A DNA stretch of 64,000 nt, taken from the NCBI GenBank assembly GCA_913057245.1, contig CAJXNH010000020.1, forward strand, positions 1 to 64,000. The letters run 5' to 3'. The position numbers were made by a program, and so were the translations under genes. Below, piece after piece: positions 56,736-64,000 of the stretch. How positions within the stretch are numbered: the stretch's first letter is position 1; each line of letters opens with the position of its first letter. The stretch is from an uncultured Phaeodactylibacter sp. Its GTDB lineage: Bacteria; Bacteroidota; Bacteroidia; Chitinophagales; Saprospiraceae. The notes under the pieces were generated by a model that saw nothing but the letters and a program-made list of their open reading frames with translations, was not told the origin of the DNA and did not search any database.

Positions 56736-58370
56736 TTAAGCCGTCACACCGGCATACAGCTCGTCCCGCTGCGCATGTATTGCATCTGACCGCAGGTAGT
56801 CATCGAAGTTCATCAGGCTGTCGATAATGCCGTTGGGGGTGATCTCGATGATGCGGTTGGCTACGGTCTCCGTCAGTTTGTGGTCATGGGAGGTGAAAAT
56901 CATATTGCCCTTGAAGTCTGTCATGGCGTTGTTAAGTGCCGTGATGGACTCGAGGTCAAGGTGGTTAGTCGGCTCATCCATGAGAATAAAGTTGGGGTGG
57001 GTGAGCATGATCTTGGACAGCATGCAGCGTACCTTTTCCCCGCCCGAGAGTACAGACGACTGCTTGAGCACCTCTTCTCCTGAGAACAGCATCCGGCCCA
57101 GGAATCCCCGGATAAACTGCTCGTCCGGATCTTCGGAGTACTGCCGCAGCCAGTTGATAAGGTCGAGGTCGCCCTTGCCGGTGAAGTACTCGTCGTTTTC
57201 GTTAGGCAGATAGCCTACGTTGATGGTTTTGCCAAATTCAATGGTACCGCCATCCGCCTGCGCCTTGCCTGCCATGACATCGAAGAAAGCCGTCAGCGCT
57301 GTGGCATTGCGGCCCAGGAGGGCAATCTTCTCTCCTTTGTTCATCGTGAAGCTGACGTTGGCGAAAAGGGGAGTGCCATCCGTGCCCTGCAGGCTCAGGT
57401 TCTCGACCTTCAGGATTTGGTCGCCCGGCTCGCGTTCCATTTTGAAGTTGATGTAGGGGTACTTCCGGCTCGAAGGCTGAATGTCTTCCAGGTTGAGTTT
57501 TTCCAGGGCCTTCTTGCGCGCTGTGGCCTGCTTGGATTTGGAGGCGTTGGCGCTAAAGCGCTGAATGAACTCCTGCATCTCCTTGCGCTTCTGTTCGATC
57601 TTCTTGTTCTTATTGGCCATCTGCTGCGCCATAAGTTGGCTGGACTCGTACCAGAAGGTGTAGTTGCCGGTGAAGATTTTGATGCGCTTGAAGTCAATAT
57701 CCACCACATGCGTACAGACCATGTCCAGGAAGTAACGGTCGTGTGAGACCACAATCACCATATTCCTAAAGTCCGCCAGGAATTCGGCCAGCCAGGTAAC
57801 GGTTTCCGCATCGAGGTCGTTGGTCGGCTCATCGAGCAGGAGGATGTCCGGATTGCTGAACAGGGACTGTGCCAGAAGGACCTTCACCTTTTCTCCACCG
57901 CTGAGGTCTTTCATTTGGCGGTAGTGGAGGGACTCGTGTATGCCCAGGTTACTGAGCAGTTCGGCCGCATCGCTCTCGGCATTCCAGCCGCCCATTTCCC
58001 CAAACTTGTTTTCCAGCTCAGCCGCCAGCAGGCCATCGGCTTCTGTGGCATCGGGGTCCATGTAGATGGCATTCTTGCGCACCATGATGTCGTACATCTC
58101 CCGGTGGCCCATGATGACCGTATCGAGCACCTGCTCCTCTTCGTATTCGAAGTGGTTCTGTTTCAGAACAGCCATGCGGTTGCCCGGCTCGATATCCACA
58201 CCGCCCCGGTTGGCAGCGATTTCTCCGGAGAGGATTTTCAGGAAAGTGGATTTGCCGGCGCCATTGGCACCGATGACACCGTAGCAGTTGCCACGGGTGA
58301 ATTTGAGGTTGACCTCATCAAAAAGGACGCGCTTGCCGTATTGCAAGCCAAGGTTATGTACGGTCAGCAT
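56736..58370 (-). CDS. ABC-F family ATPase (tandem ABC domains, no TMD; EttA/Uup-like translation factor)
   Basis: Two nucleotide-binding domains, each with a Walker A (GANGAGKST, GRNATALT-like), an ABC signature (LSGGEKVKVLLAQSL, LSGGEKVRCMLSKIM) and a Walker B (LLLDEPTN, LMDEPTN), separated by a charged linker. The start is taken at MLTVHNLGL (the ORF track begins 16 codons earlier). Confidence 0.85.
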   Translation of the reverse strand: MLTVHNLGLQYGKRVLFDEVNLKFTRGNCYGVIGANGAGKSTFLKILSGEIAANRGGVDIEPGNRMAVLKQNHFEYEEEQVLDTVIMGHREMYDIMVRKNAIYMDPDATEADGLLAAELENKFGEMGGWNAESDAAELLSNLGIHESLHYRQMKDLSGGEKVKVLLAQSLFSNPDILLLDEPTNDLDAETVTWLAEFLADFRNMVIVVSHDRYFLDMVCTHVVDIDFKRIKIFTGNYTFWYESSQLMAQQMANKNKKIEQKRKEMQEFIQRFSANASKSKQATARKKALEKLNLEDIQPSSRKYPYINFKMEREPGDQILKVENLSLQGTDGTPLFANVSFTMNKGEKIALLGRNATALTAFFDVMAGKAQADGGTIEFGKTINVGYLPNENDEYFTGKGDLDLINWLRQYSEDPDEQFIRGFLGRMLFSGEEVLKQSSVLSGGEKVRCMLSKIMLTHPNFILMDEPTNHLDLESITALNNAMTDFKGNMIFTSHDHKLTETVANRIIEITPNGIIDSLMNFDDYLRSDAIHAQRDELYAGVTA

Positions 58371-58434
58371 GAATGTTACGCTTGGGGCATAGAGGTATGC
58401 CATGAAATAAAGCCGCAAAGGTAAGGGTATTTTC

Positions 58435-58839
58435 TACTTTACCCCCCCTTGGGCAGCTTCTTTTAATATTGGAAGGTGTTTTTTGACAATTGCCCAGACG
58501 ATAGTCATGTCCATACCATCGTAATTGTGAATCAAATAGTTATCAGTTGGCGTGTTGAAAAAACTTCAGATCTAAAGTAAGGATTCTGAATAGGTTGGTC
58601 TTTTAGCAGGTCGACCTTTCTTCCGAATAGTTGTTCTAATTCATTCCAGATTGCCATTAGGTATTCTCCTTTCTGAATGGGGGTATATGCTCAAGTTCTA
58701 CCATGAGGTCCAAATCGCTTTTGTCATAATCGAAGCGAGCCGTCGTCACTGAACCAAAAGCAAATAGTTTCGATACACGGTACTTTTCGCATATCGATTG
58801 CAAGACTGTGCGGTTGGTTTCGAAGATTGAATGTTCCAT
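58435..58839 (-). pseudogene. degenerate MNT/HepT (nucleotidyltransferase/HEPN) toxin-antitoxin remnant split over three reading frames
   Basis: Frame A (58839-58657) gives MEHSIFETNRTVLQSICEKYRVSKLFAFGSVTTARFDYDKSDLDLMVELEHIPPFRKENT*, an MNT core with GS...DxD. Frame B from about 58672 gives ...GEYLMAIWNELEQLFGRKVDLLKDQPIQNPYFRSEVFSTRQLITI*, the MNT C-terminus running into the start of a HepT. Frame C down to about 58435 gives YLIHNYDGMDMTIVWAIVKKHLPILKEAAQGGVK*, a HepT C-terminus with the Rx4-6HxY motif split by a frameshift. Confidence 0.55.
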
Positions 58840-58948
58840 ATCAGGTAGTAATATAGATAATTTCCTTTGCAGTATGATGGTTCACATACAACTATTTCAA
58901 CCGCTCGAACATCTTCTCCGTTCCCGCTTTCCTTAGTAAAAGACCACT

Positions 58949-59962
58949 TTGACGCTTAGCACTGCCATTTTTGCCTTCCTGGGGCTCGCTGCCCTTATTG
59001 CTACTGCCGGTACTGTCCTTACCCGTGCCGGGGACCGGATTGCTGACCTCACCGGACTGGGAGAGGCCCTCATTGGTGGCGTGTTGCTGGGAGGCATTTC
59101 TTCTTTGTCGGGCGTAATGACCTCCGTGACAGCGGCCTGGAACGGGCACGCGCACCTGTCGTTTAGCAATGCCGTTGGTGGGATAGCTGCTCAAACGGTA
59201 TTTTTGGCGGTGGCTGACCTGACTTACCGGCGGGCGAACCTGGAGCATGCCTCGGCTTCCCTGTCCAATCTGATGCAAGGCATTTTGCTCATGTTGATGC
59301 TCACTTTCGTACTCCTGGTGGTGGCGGGCCCGGATCTTACACTTTGGCATATCCACCCTGCCTCGGTTTTGCTCCTGTTGATTTACGTCCTGGGTACCCG
59401 CCTGGTCGCCAAAGCCAGGAAATCGCCCATGTGGAAACCCATCCACACCCGGGAAACCGTGGAGGATGAGCCGGATGATGACTTGGATCAGGTCAATAAA
59501 CCGCTGTTGTTTACCCGGTTTTTGCTTTCAGCAATGGTGGTGGGCGTAGCGGGTTACTTCGTGGCAAAAGTAGCTGTGGTCATTGCCAATCAATCAGGCT
59601 TGTCGCAGTCTTTTGTAGGGGCTTTGTTTACTTCAGTGGCGACCTCCCTTCCCGAGCTGGTCATCTCCATCGCGGCGGTACGTCAGGGGGCGCTGACCTT
59701 GGCGGTAGCCAATATCATCGGCGGTAACAGCTTCGATGTGCTGTTTTTGGCTTTTGCCGATACGGCTTATCAGGAAGGTTCTATTTACCATGAGGTGGGC
59801 AATGCGGAAGCCTTTGTGTTGTCCCTCGGGATTTTGCTCGCCGGCACCCTGTTGTTGGGTATGCTGCACCGGCAGCGGGAAGGGCTTGCCAATGCGGGGT
59901 GGGAGAGCATGACGGTGATCGGGCTGTTTCTGGGTGGATATATAATGCTTTATTTTATGTAA
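58949..59962 (+). CDS. CaCA-family cation/Ca2+ antiporter-like membrane protein (YrbG-like)
   Basis: 337 aa, polytopic, with two alpha-repeat signatures (GEALIGGVLLGGISSLSGVMTSV and SFVGALFTSVATSLPELVISIAAVRQG, the G(S/T)SxPE motif). Confidence 0.6.
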   Translation: MTLSTAIFAFLGLAALIATAGTVLTRAGDRIADLTGLGEALIGGVLLGGISSLSGVMTSVTAAWNGHAHLSFSNAVGGIAAQTVFLAVADLTYRRANLEHASASLSNLMQGILLMLMLTFVLLVVAGPDLTLWHIHPASVLLLLIYVLGTRLVAKARKSPMWKPIHTRETVEDEPDDDLDQVNKPLLFTRFLLSAMVVGVAGYFVAKVAVVIANQSGLSQSFVGALFTSVATSLPELVISIAAVRQGALTLAVANIIGGNSFDVLFLAFADTAYQEGSIYHEVGNAEAFVLSLGILLAGTLLLGMLHRQREGLANAGWESMTVIGLFLGGYIMLYFM

Positions 59963-59986
59963 TTTAGGTGCCTAAATACGAGCACT

Positions 59987-61960
59987 ATGCGACACTTCCT
60001 ACTGCTGTTTTTCATCCTTCCCCTGGGGCTTCCCGCACAGTCCACGTTTCAGCATCAGGCGCCGAGCCTTCAGATTGGGCTGGGCGGGCTGAGTTTTGGA
60101 AAGGGTACCCTGGACGCTGAGGTGATCGCCTCGGTCATTGCCGATAAGCAGGAGGAGGTGCGTGTCCGGCTGATCAAAAATATGTTCCTGGGGCAGATTG
60201 AGGAGGCCGGCGGGCTGAATTACATCTACCTCGATAACATCATCAATACGGTACTGGAAGAGCGCAATGCCGAGACCCGCACCCGCAATATTTATGAGAA
60301 TACGGTCAACCTGGTTTTTGTCTATGCGCTTTCCGACTACTACTTTGCCCTTTGCGATGCTGAGTTGGTGGCTTTGGCCGAAGCCTACGGGGGGCAAAAG
60401 ACCGGTGCGGTCATGGCCGGTCAGACCTTTGCCCGTTTTCAGCTGGCGGCCTCCGGGGAGCGGCCCGGGCAGGGGCTGGTAGCCAGGTCTTCCGCTATTA
60501 CATTTTCGGAGGATAGCCTGACTACAGCGTTTAAGGCACTGTTGCTGGATATCGTCAGCGAGGCCGTGCGCAATGAACCGACTTTACAGGAGTTGGGGCT
60601 GCTCCGCACTATGTACCGCAATTCCGGCAGTGAAGCGCTGAATACTTACCTCACCCTGACGGATACGGTCAGGAAGCCTCTGGCAGATGCCGTGTATAAT
60701 CGTGTGCAGAGCCGCTTATCCAATCTGATTGACTACATCGGCCTGATCAATTACCTTTTCCGTACGACCAACTTTAAGGTAAACGGGGCTTCCATGGGGC
60801 TGGATTTGGAAAGCGCTGCCGGGCTGCGCAACAATGATGCTATTGGCGCTCAGCTCGATAGTGTGCGGCAGTACATCCGGCGGGCGATAGGCGAACAAGG
60901 CAGGGCGGAGCTGTCGGCAGAGGAACTACAGGTCTTGCTGTCCTTTCTGGGGCAAATGCAACAGCTCGATTTGGATAACATCAGCCCCGGTGCGCTGTCT
61001 GATCTCATCTTTGAGCTTTATAACGACGTGCTGCCGGTCCTGGAGCGCCTCGCCAAAAACTCACAGTACTTCATTGACACTTACTTCGAGCTGAACACCC
61101 TGTTGCAGTCGCTGGTCAAAACCGCCTTTGAGCAGGGCTTCCCTTTTGATTACGAAGCACTGCGCGACCATCTGCTGTTCCGGCTCATGGCTAAGTTGTA
61201 CGAATTTGATCAGGCGGCCACCTACGATGACTACCTGAATGCCCTGGCCGGGCTGAGCGATATCTTTCCCAATCAGGATACCAAAGCGGCGCTCAACAAA
61301 ATTATCAGCCTGCTGCGCAGTTATACCGAGATCATCGAAGGCTTTCAGGAAAATGAAGCCCTGGATTTTGATGTGGAAAGCTTTCTGGTTTCTTTGCAAA
61401 ACATCAATTATGACCGGTGGCGGCCACTGTCTTTTATCTTCAACGTGGGGGTCAACAATGCCCACTTCCCGGACGGGCTGTCCCTGGAGAATGGAGAAAG
61501 CCTGCGCAATTACACCTTCGCTGGCGAGAAGATCGGACTCAAGGTCAATTTGCTGGACTGGGCTTACATCAACAGCTTCGGGCGGCAGGAGACTTTCCGG
61601 TACTGGGGTAAATCCTACGTGCGCCTGGAACCGGCCACGGAACCTACGGTGAGCAACCTGCACCTGCTCTTTTACGGCACTGGCCTGCTGTACAATCTGG
61701 CCAATACCGGCACCACTCCGGATTTCAACCGCCCCATGATTGCCGGCGGCTTGGGGCTTACCTTTTTCAATCAGCTGGATTTGAATGCTTCTGTAGGCGT
61801 ACCTGTCAATGCGACTGCTGCGCAGTCCACCCCCCTTTTTCTTAATGTGGGCTTTGATATCCGCTTCGATGAGTATCTGCAGGCGTTGAATGAACGGCGT
61901 CGGCAGCGCCGGTATGAGCGCCGGGTGGATGCCCTGTTGCTCGCCCCTCCGGAGGATTGA
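59987..61960 (+). CDS. secreted hypothetical protein (helical N-terminal region, beta-rich C-terminal region)
   Basis: 657 aa with a signal peptide (MRHFLLLFFILPLGLPAQS). The C-terminal 200 aa have alternating hydrophobic patterns compatible with an OM beta-barrel. No family recognised. Confidence 0.55.
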   Translation: MRHFLLLFFILPLGLPAQSTFQHQAPSLQIGLGGLSFGKGTLDAEVIASVIADKQEEVRVRLIKNMFLGQIEEAGGLNYIYLDNIINTVLEERNAETRTRNIYENTVNLVFVYALSDYYFALCDAELVALAEAYGGQKTGAVMAGQTFARFQLAASGERPGQGLVARSSAITFSEDSLTTAFKALLLDIVSEAVRNEPTLQELGLLRTMYRNSGSEALNTYLTLTDTVRKPLADAVYNRVQSRLSNLIDYIGLINYLFRTTNFKVNGASMGLDLESAAGLRNNDAIGAQLDSVRQYIRRAIGEQGRAELSAEELQVLLSFLGQMQQLDLDNISPGALSDLIFELYNDVLPVLERLAKNSQYFIDTYFELNTLLQSLVKTAFEQGFPFDYEALRDHLLFRLMAKLYEFDQAATYDDYLNALAGLSDIFPNQDTKAALNKIISLLRSYTEIIEGFQENEALDFDVESFLVSLQNINYDRWRPLSFIFNVGVNNAHFPDGLSLENGESLRNYTFAGEKIGLKVNLLDWAYINSFGRQETFRYWGKSYVRLEPATEPTVSNLHLLFYGTGLLYNLANTGTTPDFNRPMIAGGLGLTFFNQLDLNASVGVPVNATAAQSTPLFLNVGFDIRFDEYLQALNERRRQRRYERRVDALLLAPPED

Positions 61961-61964
61961 AATA

Positions 61965-62330
61965 TCATCCAAAAAAACGAGTGATCAAAGATTTCACTAC
62001 CGCTGATTTGAGTTTTAGGTAAGCCTTGATCTGCGATTCAGAGAGCAGGGGGAATAGTTCTTTTTCCTTATTGTCCACCAGGTTTTGCATATAAAAGTAG
62101 GCGGAAAAGTGGTTCATACCTGCGTCAATGACCTCCCGTTGCACAATGCGCGCGTACTTCAAATTAAGTTGATGGACCCCTTCAATCTGATTAGGAAGTA
62201 GAGGCAGGGCCTCCTTCATCTGATCGGTCTGATAATTGGCACGTTCTTCCGGGGTGCCATAGTCCTCCTGTGCTTGTACAAGCAGGAAAAAGAGGAGGGA
62301 AATAGCGAGGGACAGGTATTTTATGGTCAT
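61965..62330 (-). CDS. small secreted hypothetical protein
   Basis: 121 aa with a signal peptide (MTIKYLSLAISLLFFLLVQAQ). Confidence 0.5.
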   Translation of the reverse strand: MTIKYLSLAISLLFFLLVQAQEDYGTPEERANYQTDQMKEALPLLPNQIEGVHQLNLKYARIVQREVIDAGMNHFSAYFYMQNLVDNKEKELFPLLSESQIKAYLKLKSAVVKSLITRFFG

Positions 62331-62402
62331 TGTTTAGCGGTTTTAAGCGGTGTTGCCTTTGTATAAAGACGGTGGCAGGCCCAAAAGTGTTGCTCCTGTG
62401 CT

Positions 62403-63221
62403 TTACCGGAACTGTCCGCGGCTTACTGTTTCAGGCCCTTTTTTGTTTTCCCGGGCTGTGATGCGGTCGAAGGTGGCGTGGTAGGTGTTGTGGTTGGTCC
62501 TCATCACCGTATCCCAAAAGTTGAAATAGAGCCCGTAGTTGCAGCCCGACCGTTCGTGGTGCATGTTGTGGTGGGTGGAGGTGTTGAACCACCGGAAAAC
62601 GGGGTGATGCACAAACCCTGCCGGGAAAATTTCGTACCCCAGGTGCCCCAACACATTCCAAAGCAGGGACCAGGTGGCAAAGAAAAACAGCACTAGTGGG
62701 TGGAAAGGGATGATCAATGTTGCGATGGGAAGGATGGCTATTTCCACAATTGCTTCAAGCGGGTGGAAAGACAAGGAAGCCCAGGGCGTTGGATTGAAAG
62801 ACTGATGGTGGACCCGGTGGAGCCGTTTAAATAAACGGGGATGGTGCATCAACCGGTGCACCCAGTAGAAATAAGTGTCGTGCAGGACCAGGAGCAACAG
62901 GAAGGAAATGGGGATGTACCAAGCCCCATAGGCATTCCAGTCGGTATAAATCTCAGTGTACCCCGCTGTTCGCATGAAATAGAGCCCTACGCCAATTAAC
63001 CCAAAGATCAGCGCGCTGTAGCCGGAGTGCAAAATTTCTGCCAGCATGTGACGCTGTTCGGCAGTGCGGTTTTGAATTTTCAGGTGGCGGAAGAACGTAT
63101 GGCCGAAGCGGTAAAAGAGTAGAAACGCCAAGCCTGCAAAGACAAGATAACGGAAGAAAATAGCAAAGGCGGCCAGCAGCCATCCGGGGAGCAGCCCGAA
63201 GTGTTCGATGAGGTAATGCAT
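62403..63221 (-). CDS. fatty acid hydroxylase / sterol desaturase family membrane protein (second copy in window)
   Basis: Histidine boxes HDTYFYWVHRLMHH, HRVHHQS and HHNMHHE, with 4-5 TM helices. The start is taken at MHYLIEHF (63221); the ORF track starts at 63299. Confidence 0.7.
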   Translation of the reverse strand: MHYLIEHFGLLPGWLLAAFAIFFRYLVFAGLAFLLFYRFGHTFFRHLKIQNRTAEQRHMLAEILHSGYSALIFGLIGVGLYFMRTAGYTEIYTDWNAYGAWYIPISFLLLLVLHDTYFYWVHRLMHHPRLFKRLHRVHHQSFNPTPWASLSFHPLEAIVEIAILPIATLIIPFHPLVLFFFATWSLLWNVLGHLGYEIFPAGFVHHPVFRWFNTSTHHNMHHERSGCNYGLYFNFWDTVMRTNHNTYHATFDRITARENKKGPETVSRGQFR

Positions 63222-63341
63222 GATGTTTGTTTTTTGGAAAAACCGGGCTGCCGTTTTCAGATAGCCCGGGGCAGAAGGCAAATATGGGGTAAGGTTCAAA
63301 AAAGGGTGTTCATAGTGGTTGGCTCATGGGATTATCAGGGA

Positions 63342-64000
63342 TTAAAAGAGGTCAATGGTATAGGAATTGCCGTTGATGATCAGGGTGACGGAACCATCGC
63401 CGTTAAAGACCAGGTCGCCGGAAAAGGTTTGCGTGTTCCCACCCGAGCCTGTGATGACGATGGTGGCCTCGGCGATACCGGACTTGATTTGCTTGGTGCC
63501 CTTGTCGATATTCAGGTCATCCACCTCAATGGTGATGGCAGAGGTAAAGGCATTCTGATTGCGGACTTTAGACTCCTGTGCTCCGGTGCGCTCGAAAGTG
63601 CCGTTAAATACATAATTCGCTCCGGTGAAGAGGTTATCAACGGTCCAGGTACTACCTGATGCATCTTGCGATAGCATACGGCTGGTTTCGTAGGTGCCGG
63701 AAGAGGTGGTTGCTAAGTTGAGCCCTAGTGGGATGTCCGCAGCGTTGCAGTCCAGGCTCCATTCCCAGGTGAAGGCATATTCAGCGGTGATATTGGTTTC
63801 GTTGACGCTGCGGACGAAGGTGGAATCGAATGTTTCGCCGCAGGGGGAGCCGCCGGACTTTTCCGTGTAGGATTCGGCCAGGTCGGCGGTGGCGTCGATT
63901 TCCTGCGCCATGCCTTCGGTGGAGGCCTGCAGGGCACCCGTCATGGCATCTACGGCATCTTCTTCGGTTGGCTGTTTGAGGTTTTCCGGGGTGATGTCGG
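63342..64000 (-). CDS. hypothetical protein, 5' end beyond window
   Basis: The frame stays open upstream of the listed Met at 63944 to the window edge (...DITPENLKQPTEEDAVDAM...). Ser/Thr/Gly-rich with no recognised family. Confidence 0.45.
   Translation of the reverse strand, partial: DITPENLKQPTEEDAVDAMTGALQASTEGMAQEIDATADLAESYTEKSGGSPCGETFDSTFVRSVNETNITAEYAFTWEWSLDCNAADIPLGLNLATTSSGTYETSRMLSQDASGSTWTVDNLFTGANYVFNGTFERTGAQESKVRNQNAFTSAITIEVDDLNIDKGTKQIKSGIAEATIVITGSGGNTQTFSGDLVFNGDGSVTLIINGNSYTIDLF

Noticed and set aside
58892-59446. 184-aa minus-strand ORF
   Set aside because: It overlaps the plus-strand CaCA antiporter-like gene, which has clear TM and GSSxPE features. The minus-frame product is low-complexity and R/Q/G-rich.

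Overview
The 64-kb window looks like a Bacteroidota chromosome segment. I estimate GC at about 55% by eye. Many proteins carry T9SS (Por) C-terminal sorting domains, there is a TonB-dependent receptor, and Shine-Dalgarno sequences are absent. Start codons are therefore uncertain by several tens of bases in places.

The first ~37 kb is mostly housekeeping and accessory metabolism: rplS, hpf, miaB, a 2Fe-2S ferredoxin, glycerate kinase, an MBL-fold/rhodanese fusion, two fatty-acid hydroxylase-family proteins, an aldo/keto reductase, a GH57 enzyme, a group II PLP decarboxylase, a sigma-54 activator, an SPFH protein, an S9 peptidase, a class I/II aminotransferase, and several smaller T9SS cargo proteins.

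From about 37.6 to 55.9 kb there is a cluster of giant modular T9SS-secreted surface proteins, all on the minus strand, of 1031 aa, 2118 aa, 952 aa and a disrupted ~660 aa gene. They are built from shared modules:
- MAM and FN3 domains, a parallel beta-helix, and HYR domains;
- an M43 metzincin catalytic domain in the 952-aa protein;
- tandem Cys-rich '[19 protein letters not shown]' motifs;
- a ~100-aa 'DNYPxETxWT...GDGICCxYG' module;
- a conserved ~230-aa domain immediately before the T9SS CTD, present in three of the proteins.

The cluster includes a TPR/TM/AraC-HTH regulator. It also shows signs of recent rearrangement:
- a 1.15-kb near-identical segmental duplication that carries a gene 3' end, a terminator and a fragment of the neighbouring gene;
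- a 21-bp in-frame tandem duplication inside the 2118-aa gene;
- a ~217-bp TIR-flanked, MITE-like insertion that separates the signal peptide of the last cargo gene from its body;
- a perfect 50-bp palindrome at that gene's 3' end.

Other things worth a second look:
- a tandem array of ~50-bp repeats with a palindromic core (33.6-34.0 kb);
- an ORF-free, GC-rich ~800-bp region with tRNA-like T-arm/acceptor and D-arm motifs (24.05-24.9 kb);
- a multiply frameshifted MNT/HepT toxin-antitoxin remnant (58.4-58.8 kb).

No rRNA, complete tRNA, CRISPR array, integrase or transposase was recognised.
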